Under the pieces are notes generated by a model that had not been told where the DNA came from, searched no databases, and was given only the letters and a program-made list of their open reading frames with translations. The position numbers were made by a program, and so were the translations under genes. From NCBI GenBank assembly GCA_025965695.1, contig JAOPWM010000193.1, positions 6,093 through 70,092 of the forward strand: a stretch of 64,000 nt of DNA. The letters run 5' to 3'. The stretch comes from Blastococcus sp. Its GTDB lineage: Bacteria > Actinomycetota > Actinomycetes > Mycobacteriales > Geodermatophilaceae. Positions 20,248 to 30,000 of this stretch are shown piece after piece; the first letter of the stretch is position 1; every line of letters starts with the position of its first letter.

Positions 20248-21741
20248 ATGCCCACCTCCATCCCGCACTGGATCGACGGCGCCCGGCGCGAGGGCGCCGG
20301 CGGCCGGACCGCCCCGGTGACCGACCCCGCCACCGGGGAGGTGACCGGCGAGGTCGCGCTGGCCACCCCCGAGGAGGTCGACGCCGCCGTCGCCGCGGCC
20401 GCCGCGGCCTTCCCCGGCTGGCGCGACACCTCGCTGACCAGGCGCACCGCTGTGCTCTTCCGGTTCCGGGAGCTGCTCAATGCCCGCAAGCCCGAACTCG
20501 CCGCGATCATCACGGCCGAGCACGGCAAGGTGCTCGACGACGCCCTCGGCGAGGTGTCCCGGGGCCAGGAGGTCGTCGAGTACGCCTGCGGGGTCCCCTC
20601 GCTCGTCCGCGGCGGATTCACCGAGAACGCCTCGACCTCGGTCGACGTCCACTCGGTGCGCCAGCCGCTGGGCCCTGTGGCGGTCATCAGCCCGTTCAAC
20701 TTCCCGGCCATGGTGCCGATGTGGTTCTTCCCCATCGCCATCGCGACAGGCAACACCGTCGTCCTGAAGCCGAGCGAGAAGGACCCGTCCGCGGCGCTCT
20801 GGATGGCGGAGCTCTGGAAGGAGGCCGGCCTGCCCGACGGCGTCTTCAACGTCGTGCAGGGCGACAAGGTGGCCGTCGACCGGCTGCTCGAGCATCCCGA
20901 CATCCGCGGGGTGTCCTTCGTCGGCTCGACCCCGATCGCCCGCTACGTCTACGAGAACGGCACGCGTCACGGCAAGCGCGTGCAGGCCCTCGGTGGCGCG
21001 AAGAACCACATGGTCGTGCTGCCCGACGCCGACCTCGACCTCGCCGCCGACGCGGCGGTCAACTCCGGGTTCGGCTCGGCCGGCGAGCGCTGCATGGCGA
21101 TCAGCGCAGTCATCGCCGTCGGCGGGGTGGGTGACGACCTGGTCGACCTCATCGCCCAGCGCACCGTGACGCTGCGCACCGGAGACGGCCGCAAGGGCTC
21201 CGACATGGGCCCGCTGGTCACCCGGGAGCACCGCGACAAGGTGGCCTCCTACGTCGACGCCGGGGAGGAGCAGGGCGCCAAGCTCGTCGTCGACGGCCGC
21301 GACGTGAAGCCCGACGGGGGCGAGAACGGCTTCTGGCTCGGCCCGACGCTGCTCGACCACGTCCAGCCACAAATGAGCGTGTACACCGACGAGATCTTCG
21401 GCCCGGTGCTCTCGGTGCTGCGGGTGGACACCTACGAGCACGCGCTGGAGCTGGTGAACAGCAACCAGTACGGCAACGGCACCGCCATCTTCACCAACGA
21501 CGGCGGCGCCGCCCGGCGGTTCCAGAACGAGGTGGAGGTCGGGATGATCGGGATCAACGTGCCGATCCCGGTGCCCATGGCCTACTACTCGTTCGGCGGA
21601 TGGAAGAACAGCCTCTTCGGCGACTCGCACGCCCATGGCGCCGAGGGCGTGCAGTTCTTCACCCGGGGCAAGGTCGTCACCAGCCGCTGGCTGGACCCGA
21701 GCCATGGCGGCCTCAACCTCGGCTTCCCGCAGAACGCCTGA
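20248..21741 (+). CDS. iolA: CoA-acylating (methyl)malonate-semialdehyde dehydrogenase
   Basis: PFNFPAM, KPSEKDP, GGAKNH, AGERCMA, EIFGP. Confidence 0.93.
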   Translation: MPTSIPHWIDGARREGAGGRTAPVTDPATGEVTGEVALATPEEVDAAVAAAAAAFPGWRDTSLTRRTAVLFRFRELLNARKPELAAIITAEHGKVLDDALGEVSRGQEVVEYACGVPSLVRGGFTENASTSVDVHSVRQPLGPVAVISPFNFPAMVPMWFFPIAIATGNTVVLKPSEKDPSAALWMAELWKEAGLPDGVFNVVQGDKVAVDRLLEHPDIRGVSFVGSTPIARYVYENGTRHGKRVQALGGAKNHMVVLPDADLDLAADAAVNSGFGSAGERCMAISAVIAVGGVGDDLVDLIAQRTVTLRTGDGRKGSDMGPLVTREHRDKVASYVDAGEEQGAKLVVDGRDVKPDGGENGFWLGPTLLDHVQPQMSVYTDEIFGPVLSVLRVDTYEHALELVNSNQYGNGTAIFTNDGGAARRFQNEVEVGMIGINVPIPVPMAYYSFGGWKNSLFGDSHAHGAEGVQFFTRGKVVTSRWLDPSHGGLNLGFPQNA

Positions 21742-21747
21742 GACCGG

Positions 21748-21783
21748 CCGGCGCCGGCGAGACGCTCTCTCCGCCGGCGCCGG
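21748..21783 (+). terminator. Hairpin after iolA
   Basis: ccggcgccggcg / cgccggcgccgg 12-bp stem followed by tctt. Confidence 0.6.
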
Positions 21784-21826
21784 TCTTCATCGTGCCCCCA
21801 CTCCCTCCCGCGACAGGAGCCGCCGC

Positions 21827-22888
21827 ATGACGGGATCCCCGGTACGGATCGGACTGCTCGGCTACGGCAAGGGCGGCCGGTACTTCCATGCCCCGCTGAT
21901 CACCTCCGCTGAGGGCTGCGAGCTGGCCGGCGTCGTCACCCGGTCCCCGGACCGGCGCGCGGACCTCGCCGTCGACCACCCCGGTGTCCCGGCCTACGGC
22001 AGCCTCGCGGAACTGGCGGAGGCAGGCGTCGATGCCGTCGCGGTCACCACACCGCTCGACTCGCACGTGCTCCTGGTCCGCGAGGCGGTCGAGCGGGGGC
22101 TCCCTGTGGTGTGCGACAAACCGTTCGCGGAGGACGCGGCGACGGGCCGGGACACGGTCCTGGCCGCCGAGCGGGCCGGCGTCCTGCTCAGCGTCTACCA
22201 GAACCGGCGCTGGGACGCGGACTTCCTGACCGTCCGGAAGGTCCTCGGTTCCGGCGTCCTCGGCGAGGTCATCTCGTTCGAGTCCCGTATGGAGCAGTAC
22301 CCGCCCGAGGGCGGCCTCCCCACGACCGGCGGCGGGGTCCTGCGGGACCTGGGCAGCCACGTCGTGGACCAGGCGCTCGTGCTGTTCGGCCCGGTCCACT
22401 CGGTCTACGCGGAGCTGCGCGTCCTGCCCGGCGAGGACGGTGTCGAGGACCGGTTCTTCGCCGCGCTGCACCACGACAGCGGGGTGCGCTCGCACCTGGT
22501 CGGCAGCCTGGCCTCCTCCGGCGCCCCCAGCCCGCGTTTCCGCGTCGTCGGTTCCGATGCGACCTGCATGGTTGAGGACGACGACGGGCAGACCGCTCGC
22601 CTGCTCGCCGGGCGGACGCCGGCCGTCGACGGGGACGCCTGGGGAACGGTTCCCGAGAGCCGATGGGGCCGCATCCACCGCGCCGGCGTGGCGGAGATCG
22701 TGCCGGCGCGGACCGGATCGTGGAGCTCCTTCTACGCCGGGTTCGCCCGCGCGGTCTGCGGCGAGGCGCCACCTCCCGTCGACCCCTGGGAGGCCGTCGC
22801 CGGGCTCGAGGTCCTCGACGCGGCGCGGTGGAGCGCCACGACCGGGCAGGTCGTGCGGCTCGAAGGACGCCCTAGCCGCCCACGGTGA
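21827..22888 (+). CDS. Gfo/Idh/MocA oxidoreductase (IolW/YdgJ-like, putative scyllo-inositol dehydrogenase)
   Basis: GYG...FHAP, CDKP, YQNRRWD, DLGSH..DQ. Confidence 0.8.
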   Translation: MTGSPVRIGLLGYGKGGRYFHAPLITSAEGCELAGVVTRSPDRRADLAVDHPGVPAYGSLAELAEAGVDAVAVTTPLDSHVLLVREAVERGLPVVCDKPFAEDAATGRDTVLAAERAGVLLSVYQNRRWDADFLTVRKVLGSGVLGEVISFESRMEQYPPEGGLPTTGGGVLRDLGSHVVDQALVLFGPVHSVYAELRVLPGEDGVEDRFFAALHHDSGVRSHLVGSLASSGAPSPRFRVVGSDATCMVEDDDGQTARLLAGRTPAVDGDAWGTVPESRWGRIHRAGVAEIVPARTGSWSSFYAGFARAVCGEAPPPVDPWEAVAGLEVLDAARWSATTGQVVRLEGRPSRPR

Positions 22889-23657
22889 AGGCGGCGCGGA
22901 ACCGCTCCAGCGCCCGGACCGGGTCGCCGGAGGCCCACGCCTCGAGCGCGACGATGCCGGTGTAGCCGAGTCCGTCGAGCGCGGCTGCGACCGCGGGGTA
23001 GTGGATCTCCCCCGTACCCGGCTCACACCGTCCGGGGACGTCGGCGACCTGGATCTCACCGACCAGCGGCAGCGCCCGCTCGACGAGCCTGATGAGGTTC
23101 CCCTCGCCGATCTGGGCGTGGTGGAGGTCGAGGTTGAGCCGCAGGTGCGGGCTGCCGACGGCCTCCACCAGCGCGATGGTGTCGGCCGCCCGGGCGAACG
23201 GGGTGCCCGGGTGGTCGACGGCGGTGTTGAGGTTCTCCAGGGTGAAGACCCGGCCGGCCCGCTCCCCCAGCTCGGCGAGCCGGGTCAGCGTGCGGGCGGC
23301 CGTGAGCCACATCGCCGGGGTGACCGTCTCGGTGGCGGCCACGGGCAGCCCCCGGTCGTCCAGGCCGGTCCCGTGCACGTTCAGCCGGGGACAGTCCAGC
23401 TGCTCGGCCACCTTCAATGACTGCTCGGCGGTGCGCAGGAGCTCATCGGCGCCGTCCGCGTCGGCCAGCGTGCCGGTGACGTAACCGGTCATCGAGGAGA
23501 ACGTGGCGCCGGTCCTCACCAGCGCGTCGACGTCCTTCGCCGTCCAGTCCCAGATCTCCACCTCGAACCCGAGGTCGGCGATCCGCCGCACCCGCTCCTC
23601 GAACGGCAGGTCGAGGAAGAGCATCTCGGCCGACGCCGCGAGGCGGAAGCCGGTCAC
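22872..23657 (-). CDS. Hydroxypyruvate isomerase-family TIM barrel
   Basis: LENLN..VDHPG, QVADVPGRCEPGTGEI. Confidence 0.85.
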   Translation of the reverse strand: MTGFRLAASAEMLFLDLPFEERVRRIADLGFEVEIWDWTAKDVDALVRTGATFSSMTGYVTGTLADADGADELLRTAEQSLKVAEQLDCPRLNVHGTGLDDRGLPVAATETVTPAMWLTAARTLTRLAELGERAGRVFTLENLNTAVDHPGTPFARAADTIALVEAVGSPHLRLNLDLHHAQIGEGNLIRLVERALPLVGEIQVADVPGRCEPGTGEIHYPAVAAALDGLGYTGIVALEAWASGDPVRALERFRAAFTVGG

Positions 23658-24685
23658 TTCGCGACCTCGTCGATCCGCACGGGACCTCCGGTCCGCACGG
23701 ACTCGGCGGCGGCCAGCGCGATCGTCAGGGCGCTGCGGGCATCCTCGCCCGTCACCTGTGCCGGCGTCCCGGTGCGGACGGCGTCGACGAAGGCGGTGAG
23801 CTCGGCGGTGTAGGCGTCGACGAAGAGCTCCTGGTCGCCGCGGACGGTCTCCACCGACCGCCCGGCGGCGTCCGAGTACGTCATCCCGGTCCGGCGGCCG
23901 TCGCCCATCTGCGCCATGCCGCCGGAGCCGAGGACCTCGCCGCGGACGTCGTAGCCGTAGGCCGCCTCGAAGCAGGCCTCGGCGGTGCCGAGGGCACCGT
24001 TGTCGAAGCGCACCACCACGACGGCGGTGTCGAGCAGCCCGCGGTCGCGCCAGTCCGGCTCGACGAGCGCGTCGGCCGTCGCCACGACCTCGACCGCCTC
24101 GGCCCCGGGATTGAGGAAGCGCAGGGTGTCGAAGTCGTGGATGAGCGTCTCGAGGAAGATCGTGTCCGGCGGCACGCGCGACGGGTCGAAGCCGCCCGGG
24201 TCCCGCGTGAGCGAACGCAGCAGGCGGGGCGTGCCGAGGCGGCCCGTGTCGATCAGCCCCCTGGCGGCGACCCAGTCGGGCGCGAAGCGCCGGTTGAACC
24301 CGACCTGCAGCACGATGTCCGCCGCGCGCGCGGCGTCGATCGCCCGGTCCGCGTCGGCGAGCGTGACCGCCATGGGCTTCTCGCAGAACACGCTTCTGCC
24401 CGCGGCCGCGGCAGCGACGACCAGGTCGGCGTGCGTGCGGGCCGGCGTGGCGATGACGACGGCGTCGACCGACGGGTCGTCCCAGACCTGCGCGACATCG
24501 GTGTACGCCCGGTCCGCCGCCAGCACCCCCGCCAGCCGCTCGGCGGCTCCCGGCGCGGCGTCGGCCACGGCGACCAGCCGTGCGCCCGGTACCCGGCGGG
24601 CCAGCGTCTCCGCGTGGAAGGACCCCATCCGTCCCGATCCGATCAGGGCCACTCCCACAGGCGCGTCTGCGACGACCCGGCTCAC
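23654..24685 (-). CDS. Inositol 2-dehydrogenase-like Gfo/Idh/MocA oxidoreductase
   Basis: GSGRMG, CEKP, GFNRRF, TRDP, IHDFD, YGYDVR; GTG overlaps the reductase stop. Confidence 0.85.
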   Translation of the reverse strand: MSRVVADAPVGVALIGSGRMGSFHAETLARRVPGARLVAVADAAPGAAERLAGVLAADRAYTDVAQVWDDPSVDAVVIATPARTHADLVVAAAAAGRSVFCEKPMAVTLADADRAIDAARAADIVLQVGFNRRFAPDWVAARGLIDTGRLGTPRLLRSLTRDPGGFDPSRVPPDTIFLETLIHDFDTLRFLNPGAEAVEVVATADALVEPDWRDRGLLDTAVVVVRFDNGALGTAEACFEAAYGYDVRGEVLGSGGMAQMGDGRRTGMTYSDAAGRSVETVRGDQELFVDAYTAELTAFVDAVRTGTPAQVTGEDARSALTIALAAAESVRTGGPVRIDEVAK

Positions 24686-25707
24686 AGGTCGAGCACCAGA
24701 CGCTCGGTGCAGGACCGGGAGACGCAGATCATCATGCAGTCGTTGGCCTGACGTTCCTCGTCGCTCAGAACGGAGTCGCGGTGATCGGGCACGCCCGAAA
24801 GGACCGCCGTCTCGCAGGTCCCGCAGGTGCCCTCCGCGCACGAGGACAGGACCCCGATCCCGGCCTCCTCCACCACGTCGAGGATCGAGCGGTCCGGGGG
24901 CACGGCCACGGTCACCTCGCTCTGGGCGAGGACGAGCTCGAACGCCTCGGACCGGGTCGGCTCTGTCAGCGGCTTCGGGCTGAAGCGCTCGACGTGCAGC
25001 GAGCCGGACGGCCAGCGGGCGCACCGTTGCTCGACGGCCGCGAGCAGGGGCTCGGGGCCGCAGCAGTAGACCCGCGTGTCCTCCTGGGGTGTGCCCAGCA
25101 GGCTGTCGAGGTCGAGCAGACCCGTCTCGTCCTGCGGCCGTACCGAGATCCGGTCGCCGTGCCGCGTGAGTTCGTCGAGGAACGCCATCGACGCCCGCTG
25201 ACGGCCGCCGTAGACCAGCCGCCAGTCGGCGCCCGCGGCCTCCGCCGCCGCGATCATCGGCAGCAACGGGGTGATGCCGATCCCGCCGGCGATGAACAGG
25301 TACCGGGGCGACTCGACCAGCGGGAAGTTGTTGCGCGGACCGCGCACGCGGACGACGTCGCCGACCTCCAACCGGTCGTGCACGAACACGGAGCTGTGCC
25401 CCTCGGCCTCGCGGAGGATGCCCAGCCGCCACACGTGGTGGTCGGCGGGGTCGCCGCAGAGCGAGTACTGCCGCGTCCGCCCGTCACCCACCACCCCGCC
25501 GAGCACCAGGTCGACGTGCGCGCCCGGCGTCCAGGGCGGAAGGGGCTGGTCCTGGATCTCGCGCAGCGTCAGTGCGACCACGCCGTCGGCGGCAGCCTGC
25601 TTGCTCTCGACGCGGACGTCGGCCTCGAACTCGCCGCCGGCGAGGGTCACCGTGGTCGTCCGGTGCTGGACGGTCTCGACGTGCGGGCGGGTGATGGCCG
25701 TGGTCAT
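24682..25707 (-). CDS. PDR/VanB-family FMN/[2Fe-2S] reductase
   Basis: RQYSLC, GGIGITP, YCCGP, SCAEGTCGTC...CVS ferredoxin motif. Confidence 0.92.
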   Translation of the reverse strand: MTTAITRPHVETVQHRTTTVTLAGGEFEADVRVESKQAAADGVVALTLREIQDQPLPPWTPGAHVDLVLGGVVGDGRTRQYSLCGDPADHHVWRLGILREAEGHSSVFVHDRLEVGDVVRVRGPRNNFPLVESPRYLFIAGGIGITPLLPMIAAAEAAGADWRLVYGGRQRASMAFLDELTRHGDRISVRPQDETGLLDLDSLLGTPQEDTRVYCCGPEPLLAAVEQRCARWPSGSLHVERFSPKPLTEPTRSEAFELVLAQSEVTVAVPPDRSILDVVEEAGIGVLSSCAEGTCGTCETAVLSGVPDHRDSVLSDEERQANDCMMICVSRSCTERLVLDL

Positions 25708-26948
25708 GACGCCTCCCCGTCGTTCGCGGTGGGCACCTGGAAGGACAGCGACAGGTGCGACCACACGTACATGTTGGGCGTGGTGGCGTAGCGGACCGGC
25801 GGGCCGGCGAGGGTGTAGTCGCCCAGGACCGGGAGCGCCTCCTCGAGTGCGACCTTGGCCTCGAGCCGGGCCAGCGGTGCCCCGAGGCAGCCGTGTCGCC
25901 CCTCGCCGAAGCCGAGGTGTCGGAACCGGCCCCGGGTGACGTCGAAGCGGTCCGGGTCGGCGAACTGTCGCTCGTCCCGGTTGGCGGCGCCGTAGACCAG
26001 CACCACCCGGCCGCCGGCCGGGATGGTGACGCCGTGCAGCGTCACCTCGCGGGAGGTGGTGCGGCCGACGAGCTGGAGGGGGCTGGAGTGGCGGATCGTC
26101 TCCTCGACGGCAGCGGGCAGGAGCGACGGATCGCCGCGGAGGAGGGCTCGCTGATCGGGGTTCTCGGCGAGCAGCTTGAACAGCGAGCCGGTGAGTCCGG
26201 CGGTGCTCTCCACCCCGCCCAGGAACAGCACCATCATCAGGCCGAGGATCTCCGACGCCGGTTCGAGGTACTCGTCGGCGAAGGGCATGCCGTCGATCTC
26301 GGCCTGGACCAGCTGGCTGACGACGTCCTCCCGGGGATGCCGTCGGCGATCCTCCAGCAGCTCGATGAAGTACTTCTGGATGCCGGCCGTGGCCGCCTTG
26401 GCGACGGGCGTGAGGCTGGGGTCGTCGGGTCGGCGGTCCTTGAGCTCGTGCACCCAGCGGTCCAGCTGGGCCCGCCCCTCCTCCTGGGCGCTCGGCAGCC
26501 CGAGCACCGTGAAGAAGACCTCGTTGGGCATCGGCCACGCCAGCTCCTGCGCGAGGTCGACCTCACCGCGGCCCTGCCATACGGCGACGAGTCCCCGGAC
26601 GACCTCGCGAATGGCGTCCTCCTTGGCGGCGATCCGGCGCGGGAGGAAGTGCGGCTGGACGACCTTGCGGATCTGGTCGTGCCGCGGATTGTCGATGTCG
26701 GGCAGGAAACCGGGGCCGCTCTGGTCCTTCGCGGTGTCGTCGATGTCGATGCCCTCGTAGCTCAGGAAGGTCTCCGGGTCGGTAGCCGCCGCACGCACGT
26801 CGTCGAATCTGGACAGCGCCCACCACCCCCACTTCTCGCTGTGGAAGACCGGCGCCTCGTCCCGCATCCAGCGGTAGACCGGGTACGGATCGGCCTGGAA
26901 GCCGGCACTGAAGGGGTCGTACTCCATCGCTGTCGTCGCTGTGGTCAC
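25704..26948 (-). CDS. Cytochrome P450
   Basis: I-helix GGVEST, K-helix EETIR, heme motif FGEGRHGCLG. Confidence 0.95.
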   Translation of the reverse strand: MTTATTAMEYDPFSAGFQADPYPVYRWMRDEAPVFHSEKWGWWALSRFDDVRAAATDPETFLSYEGIDIDDTAKDQSGPGFLPDIDNPRHDQIRKVVQPHFLPRRIAAKEDAIREVVRGLVAVWQGRGEVDLAQELAWPMPNEVFFTVLGLPSAQEEGRAQLDRWVHELKDRRPDDPSLTPVAKAATAGIQKYFIELLEDRRRHPREDVVSQLVQAEIDGMPFADEYLEPASEILGLMMVLFLGGVESTAGLTGSLFKLLAENPDQRALLRGDPSLLPAAVEETIRHSSPLQLVGRTTSREVTLHGVTIPAGGRVVLVYGAANRDERQFADPDRFDVTRGRFRHLGFGEGRHGCLGAPLARLEAKVALEEALPVLGDYTLAGPPVRYATTPNMYVWSHLSLSFQVPTANDGEAS

Positions 26949-26987
26949 GGTCTGCTCCGCAGGTGTCGTGGACGGGGTGGGCTTGGG

Positions 26988-27983
26988 TCAGATTCCGCGC
27001 GCGGCCGCGAGCAGGGTCCGGGCGGCGAAGCGCAGCCCCTCGATCTGGTCGAGTTCCTGGTCCTCGTGCTCGATGCTGACCGCCATGTCTGGGTCGACCT
27101 TCTCCAGGGCGGCGAGGAACCGGCTCCAGAACTCGACGTCGTGCCCCCGGCCGACGGCGACGAAGTCCCACGAGGAGTTCTGCGGCCAGCGGGAGAGGGT
27201 GTAGCGGCCGCCGAGCGAGACGGCCCCCGGCTCGTCGGGGCGGACCCGGGTATGACGGTCGTCGAGCACGCCGTTGACCGAGGCGGCCGCGTTGATGCGG
27301 GTGTCCTTGGCCGCGGCGTTGTAGACGAGTTCACCGAGCTCCTCGACGACGGCCACCGGGTCGATGCCCTGCCAGAACAGGTGGCTCGGGTCCATCTCCG
27401 CACCGACGTGGGTGGCGTTGATCTGCTCGACCAGACGCAGCAGAGTGGCCGGGTTGTAGACGATGTTGTGCGGGTGCATCTCGATGCACACCTTCACGTC
27501 GGCGTCGGCGGCCCTGGCCTGGATGTCCCGCCAGTACGGCAGCGCGACCTCGTTCCACTGGTAGTCGCGCGCGTCCAGATAGGCGCTGTCCCAGGGGAGG
27601 ACGGTCCACGAGGGCAGCCGGGCGCCGGGGTCACTGCCCGGAAGGCCGGACATGGTGACCACCCGCGAGACGCCGAGAAGCGCCGCGAGCTCGATCGCGT
27701 CGCGGACATCCTGGCCGTGCTTCTCCCGCACCTCGAGGTCGGGGTGGAGCGGGTTCCCGTTGCAGTTGAGTGCCGTGAGCGTGATGCCGGCTGCGTCGAA
27801 CTCCCCTATGTACTCGTCACGGGCATCCTTGCTCGCCCGAATGTCGGCGATCGGCAGGTGCGGCGCGGGCAGAAAGCCGCCCGAGTTGATCTCCGCACCC
27901 TTCAGGCCGAGGTCCCGGAGGATCCCGAGCGTCACGGCGAGCGGCTTGTCGTGGAGGACCGCGGTGTAGGCACCAAGCTTCAT
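26988..27983 (-). CDS. Sugar phosphate isomerase/epimerase (xylose isomerase-like TIM barrel)
   Basis: MKLGAY, GNPLHP, IEMHP, DPSHLFWQG, SIEHED. Confidence 0.85.
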   Translation of the reverse strand: MKLGAYTAVLHDKPLAVTLGILRDLGLKGAEINSGGFLPAPHLPIADIRASKDARDEYIGEFDAAGITLTALNCNGNPLHPDLEVREKHGQDVRDAIELAALLGVSRVVTMSGLPGSDPGARLPSWTVLPWDSAYLDARDYQWNEVALPYWRDIQARAADADVKVCIEMHPHNIVYNPATLLRLVEQINATHVGAEMDPSHLFWQGIDPVAVVEELGELVYNAAAKDTRINAAASVNGVLDDRHTRVRPDEPGAVSLGGRYTLSRWPQNSSWDFVAVGRGHDVEFWSRFLAALEKVDPDMAVSIEHEDQELDQIEGLRFAARTLLAAARGI

Positions 27984-28028
27984 GCCGAGGCACTTCCTCA
28001 TATCGGAGGGCGGAGACGATAGGATTTC

Positions 28029-28042
28029 TTAAAGCGCTTTAA
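28029..28042. promoter_or_regulatory. LacI-type operator
   Basis: Perfect palindrome TTAAAGCGCTTTAA with central CG, between the divergent TIM-barrel/P450 operon and the LacI gene. Confidence 0.8.
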
Positions 28043-28101
28043 AGCGTGCTCGTAGAGTGGGGCACCCCAACGGCGGTGTCAAGGGATCGGAGCGACATCA
28101 G

Positions 28102-29163
28102 GTGGACGGGACGGAGCTGGGACGACAGGCCCGGCCGCGACTCGAGGACGTCGCGGCGGAGGTCGGGCTCTCCCCCGCCTCGGTGTCCCTGGTGCTCCGG
28201 GGTGCAGCGGGTCCGAGCGCGGCGACGAGAGAGCGCGTTCTCGAGGCCGCAGGCCGCCTGGGCTACCGCCCCGACCGGGCGGCCAGCCTGCTCGCGCGAC
28301 GGCGCAGCCGGTTGATCGGCGTGATGCTGGACATCCGCAGCGACTACCACGGCGAATTGGTCGAGGACGTCCACGAGGCCGCCGAGCAGCACGGGTACGA
28401 CCTGGTCCTGAGCACGATCACCCGCAGCCGTGACGAGCGGCGGGCCGTCGAGACGCTGCTGGACTCACGGTGCGAGGCGCTCCTTTTGCTCGGCCCCGAC
28501 GCTCCCGCGGCGTGGCTCGCCGAGCTGGACCGTCAGCTCCCGGTCGTAGTGGTGGGGCGGTCGATCGGCTCGCCCGGCGTCGACATCGTGCGGGCGGCGG
28601 ACGACCAGGGCGTGAGCCTGTCGGTCGACCACCTGGTCGGCCTCGGACATGCGCAGATCGCATACGTCGACGGCGGGGCCGGGGAGATAGCCGCGGCGCG
28701 GCGGGACGGTTACCGGCGCGCCATGCTGCGGCACGGCCTGCGTGACCGGATCCGGGTCATCCCAGGTGACCACACGGAGGAAGCCGGCATCCGGGCGGGC
28801 ATGCGGGTGGCCGCCGTCCTGACCGGGCACGCCCCGACCCCGACGGCCGTCGTGACGTTCAACGACCGGGTCGCCGTGGGGCTGCTCGACGCCCTCAGCC
28901 GGGCAGGCGTCGCCGTCCCGGGCGACATCTCCGTCGTCGGCTACGACGACAGCCCCCTGTCCCGACTGGCGCACGTCGGCCTCACCACGGTCAGCCAGAA
29001 CTCGCCCGCGCTCATCGAGCACGCCGTGACGGCAATCGTCGAACGACTCGACGGCGGCCGGACCACCCACACCGAGATCGTGCTGCCGCCAGGCCTGGTC
29101 GTGCGGACGACGACCGCCCCACCGCCACCCTCCCCCGACGTCGGTCACCCGCCGGGTGGGTGA
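28102..29163 (+). CDS. LacI-family transcriptional regulator
   Basis: LEDVAAEVGLSPASVSLVL HTH; ISVVGYDD; start uncertain (28057 or 28102). Confidence 0.9.
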   Translation: MDGTELGRQARPRLEDVAAEVGLSPASVSLVLRGAAGPSAATRERVLEAAGRLGYRPDRAASLLARRRSRLIGVMLDIRSDYHGELVEDVHEAAEQHGYDLVLSTITRSRDERRAVETLLDSRCEALLLLGPDAPAAWLAELDRQLPVVVVGRSIGSPGVDIVRAADDQGVSLSVDHLVGLGHAQIAYVDGGAGEIAAARRDGYRRAMLRHGLRDRIRVIPGDHTEEAGIRAGMRVAAVLTGHAPTPTAVVTFNDRVAVGLLDALSRAGVAVPGDISVVGYDDSPLSRLAHVGLTTVSQNSPALIEHAVTAIVERLDGGRTTHTEIVLPPGLVVRTTTAPPPPSPDVGHPPGG

Positions 29164-29173
29164 CCGACGTCGG
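29135..29173. terminator. Bidirectional hairpin between convergent LacI and ABC genes
   Basis: ccgacgtcggtcaccc / gggtgaccgacgtcgg 16-bp inverted repeat. Confidence 0.7.
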
Positions 29174-29179
29174 CAGCGG

Positions 29180-29995
29180 TCAGCGCTTCAGCTCGTGCGA
29201 CAACTCCGCGAGCTCCTGGCCACCGGCCATCTCCGCCGTGAGCTCCTCCAGCGTGACCTCGGAGCGCTTCTTGTCCAGCACCCGGCGGCCGAGCTTCAGG
29301 ATGATGAAGTGGTCTCCCACGAGGTACGCGTGGTGCGGGTTGTGGGTGATGAAGACGACGCCGAGACCGGCGTCCCGGGCGGCCGCCGTGTACTTGAGCA
29401 CCACCCCCGACTGCTTGACCCCGAGTGCAGCGGTGGGCTCGTCGAGGATGAGCACCCGCGCTCCGAAGTACACCGCCCGGGCGATCGCGACACACTGCCG
29501 CTGGCCGCCGGACAGCGTTCCGATCGGCTGATTGATGTCCTTGACGTAGATCCCCATCTTCTGGAGTTCCTGGTCGGCGATCTCCCGCATGGCCTTGATG
29601 TCCAACGGAGCCATCGGATACCTGCCCTTGCGGATCTCCGAGCCGAGGAAGAAGTTGCGCCAGACCTCCATCAGCCCGACCACGGCGAGGTCCTGGTAGA
29701 CGGTGGCGATGCCGGCCTCCAGCGACTCGCGCGGCGAGCCGAAGTGCCGCTCCTTGCCGTCGACCTTGAGCGTCCCCTCCGAATGCGCATGCAGTCCGGA
29801 AATGATCTTGATCAGCGTCGACTTCCCCGCACCGTTGTCGCCCAGGACGCAGGTGACCTCACCGGCACCCACCCGCAGGTTGACGCCCTCGAGGGCCCGG
29901 ATGGCACCGTACGCCTTGCCCACCCCCTCCATCTCCACGAGCGACTCCCCCTTGTGCAGGTCGGGCGCGGCGTGCTCCATGATCGTGTCGGTCAT
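29180..29995 (-). CDS. Sugar ABC transporter ATP-binding protein
   Basis: GDNGAGKS, LSGGQRQ, ILDEPT. Confidence 0.93.
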   Translation of the reverse strand: MTDTIMEHAAPDLHKGESLVEMEGVGKAYGAIRALEGVNLRVGAGEVTCVLGDNGAGKSTLIKIISGLHAHSEGTLKVDGKERHFGSPRESLEAGIATVYQDLAVVGLMEVWRNFFLGSEIRKGRYPMAPLDIKAMREIADQELQKMGIYVKDINQPIGTLSGGQRQCVAIARAVYFGARVLILDEPTAALGVKQSGVVLKYTAAARDAGLGVVFITHNPHHAYLVGDHFIILKLGRRVLDKKRSEVTLEELTAEMAGGQELAELSHELKR

Positions 29996-30000
29996 GTCCG

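Noticed and set aside
24682-26948. Possible P450-reductase fusion (CYP116B-like)
   Set aside because: The P450 has its own stop at 25704 and the reductase starts in a different frame with an ATGA overlap; these are two genes
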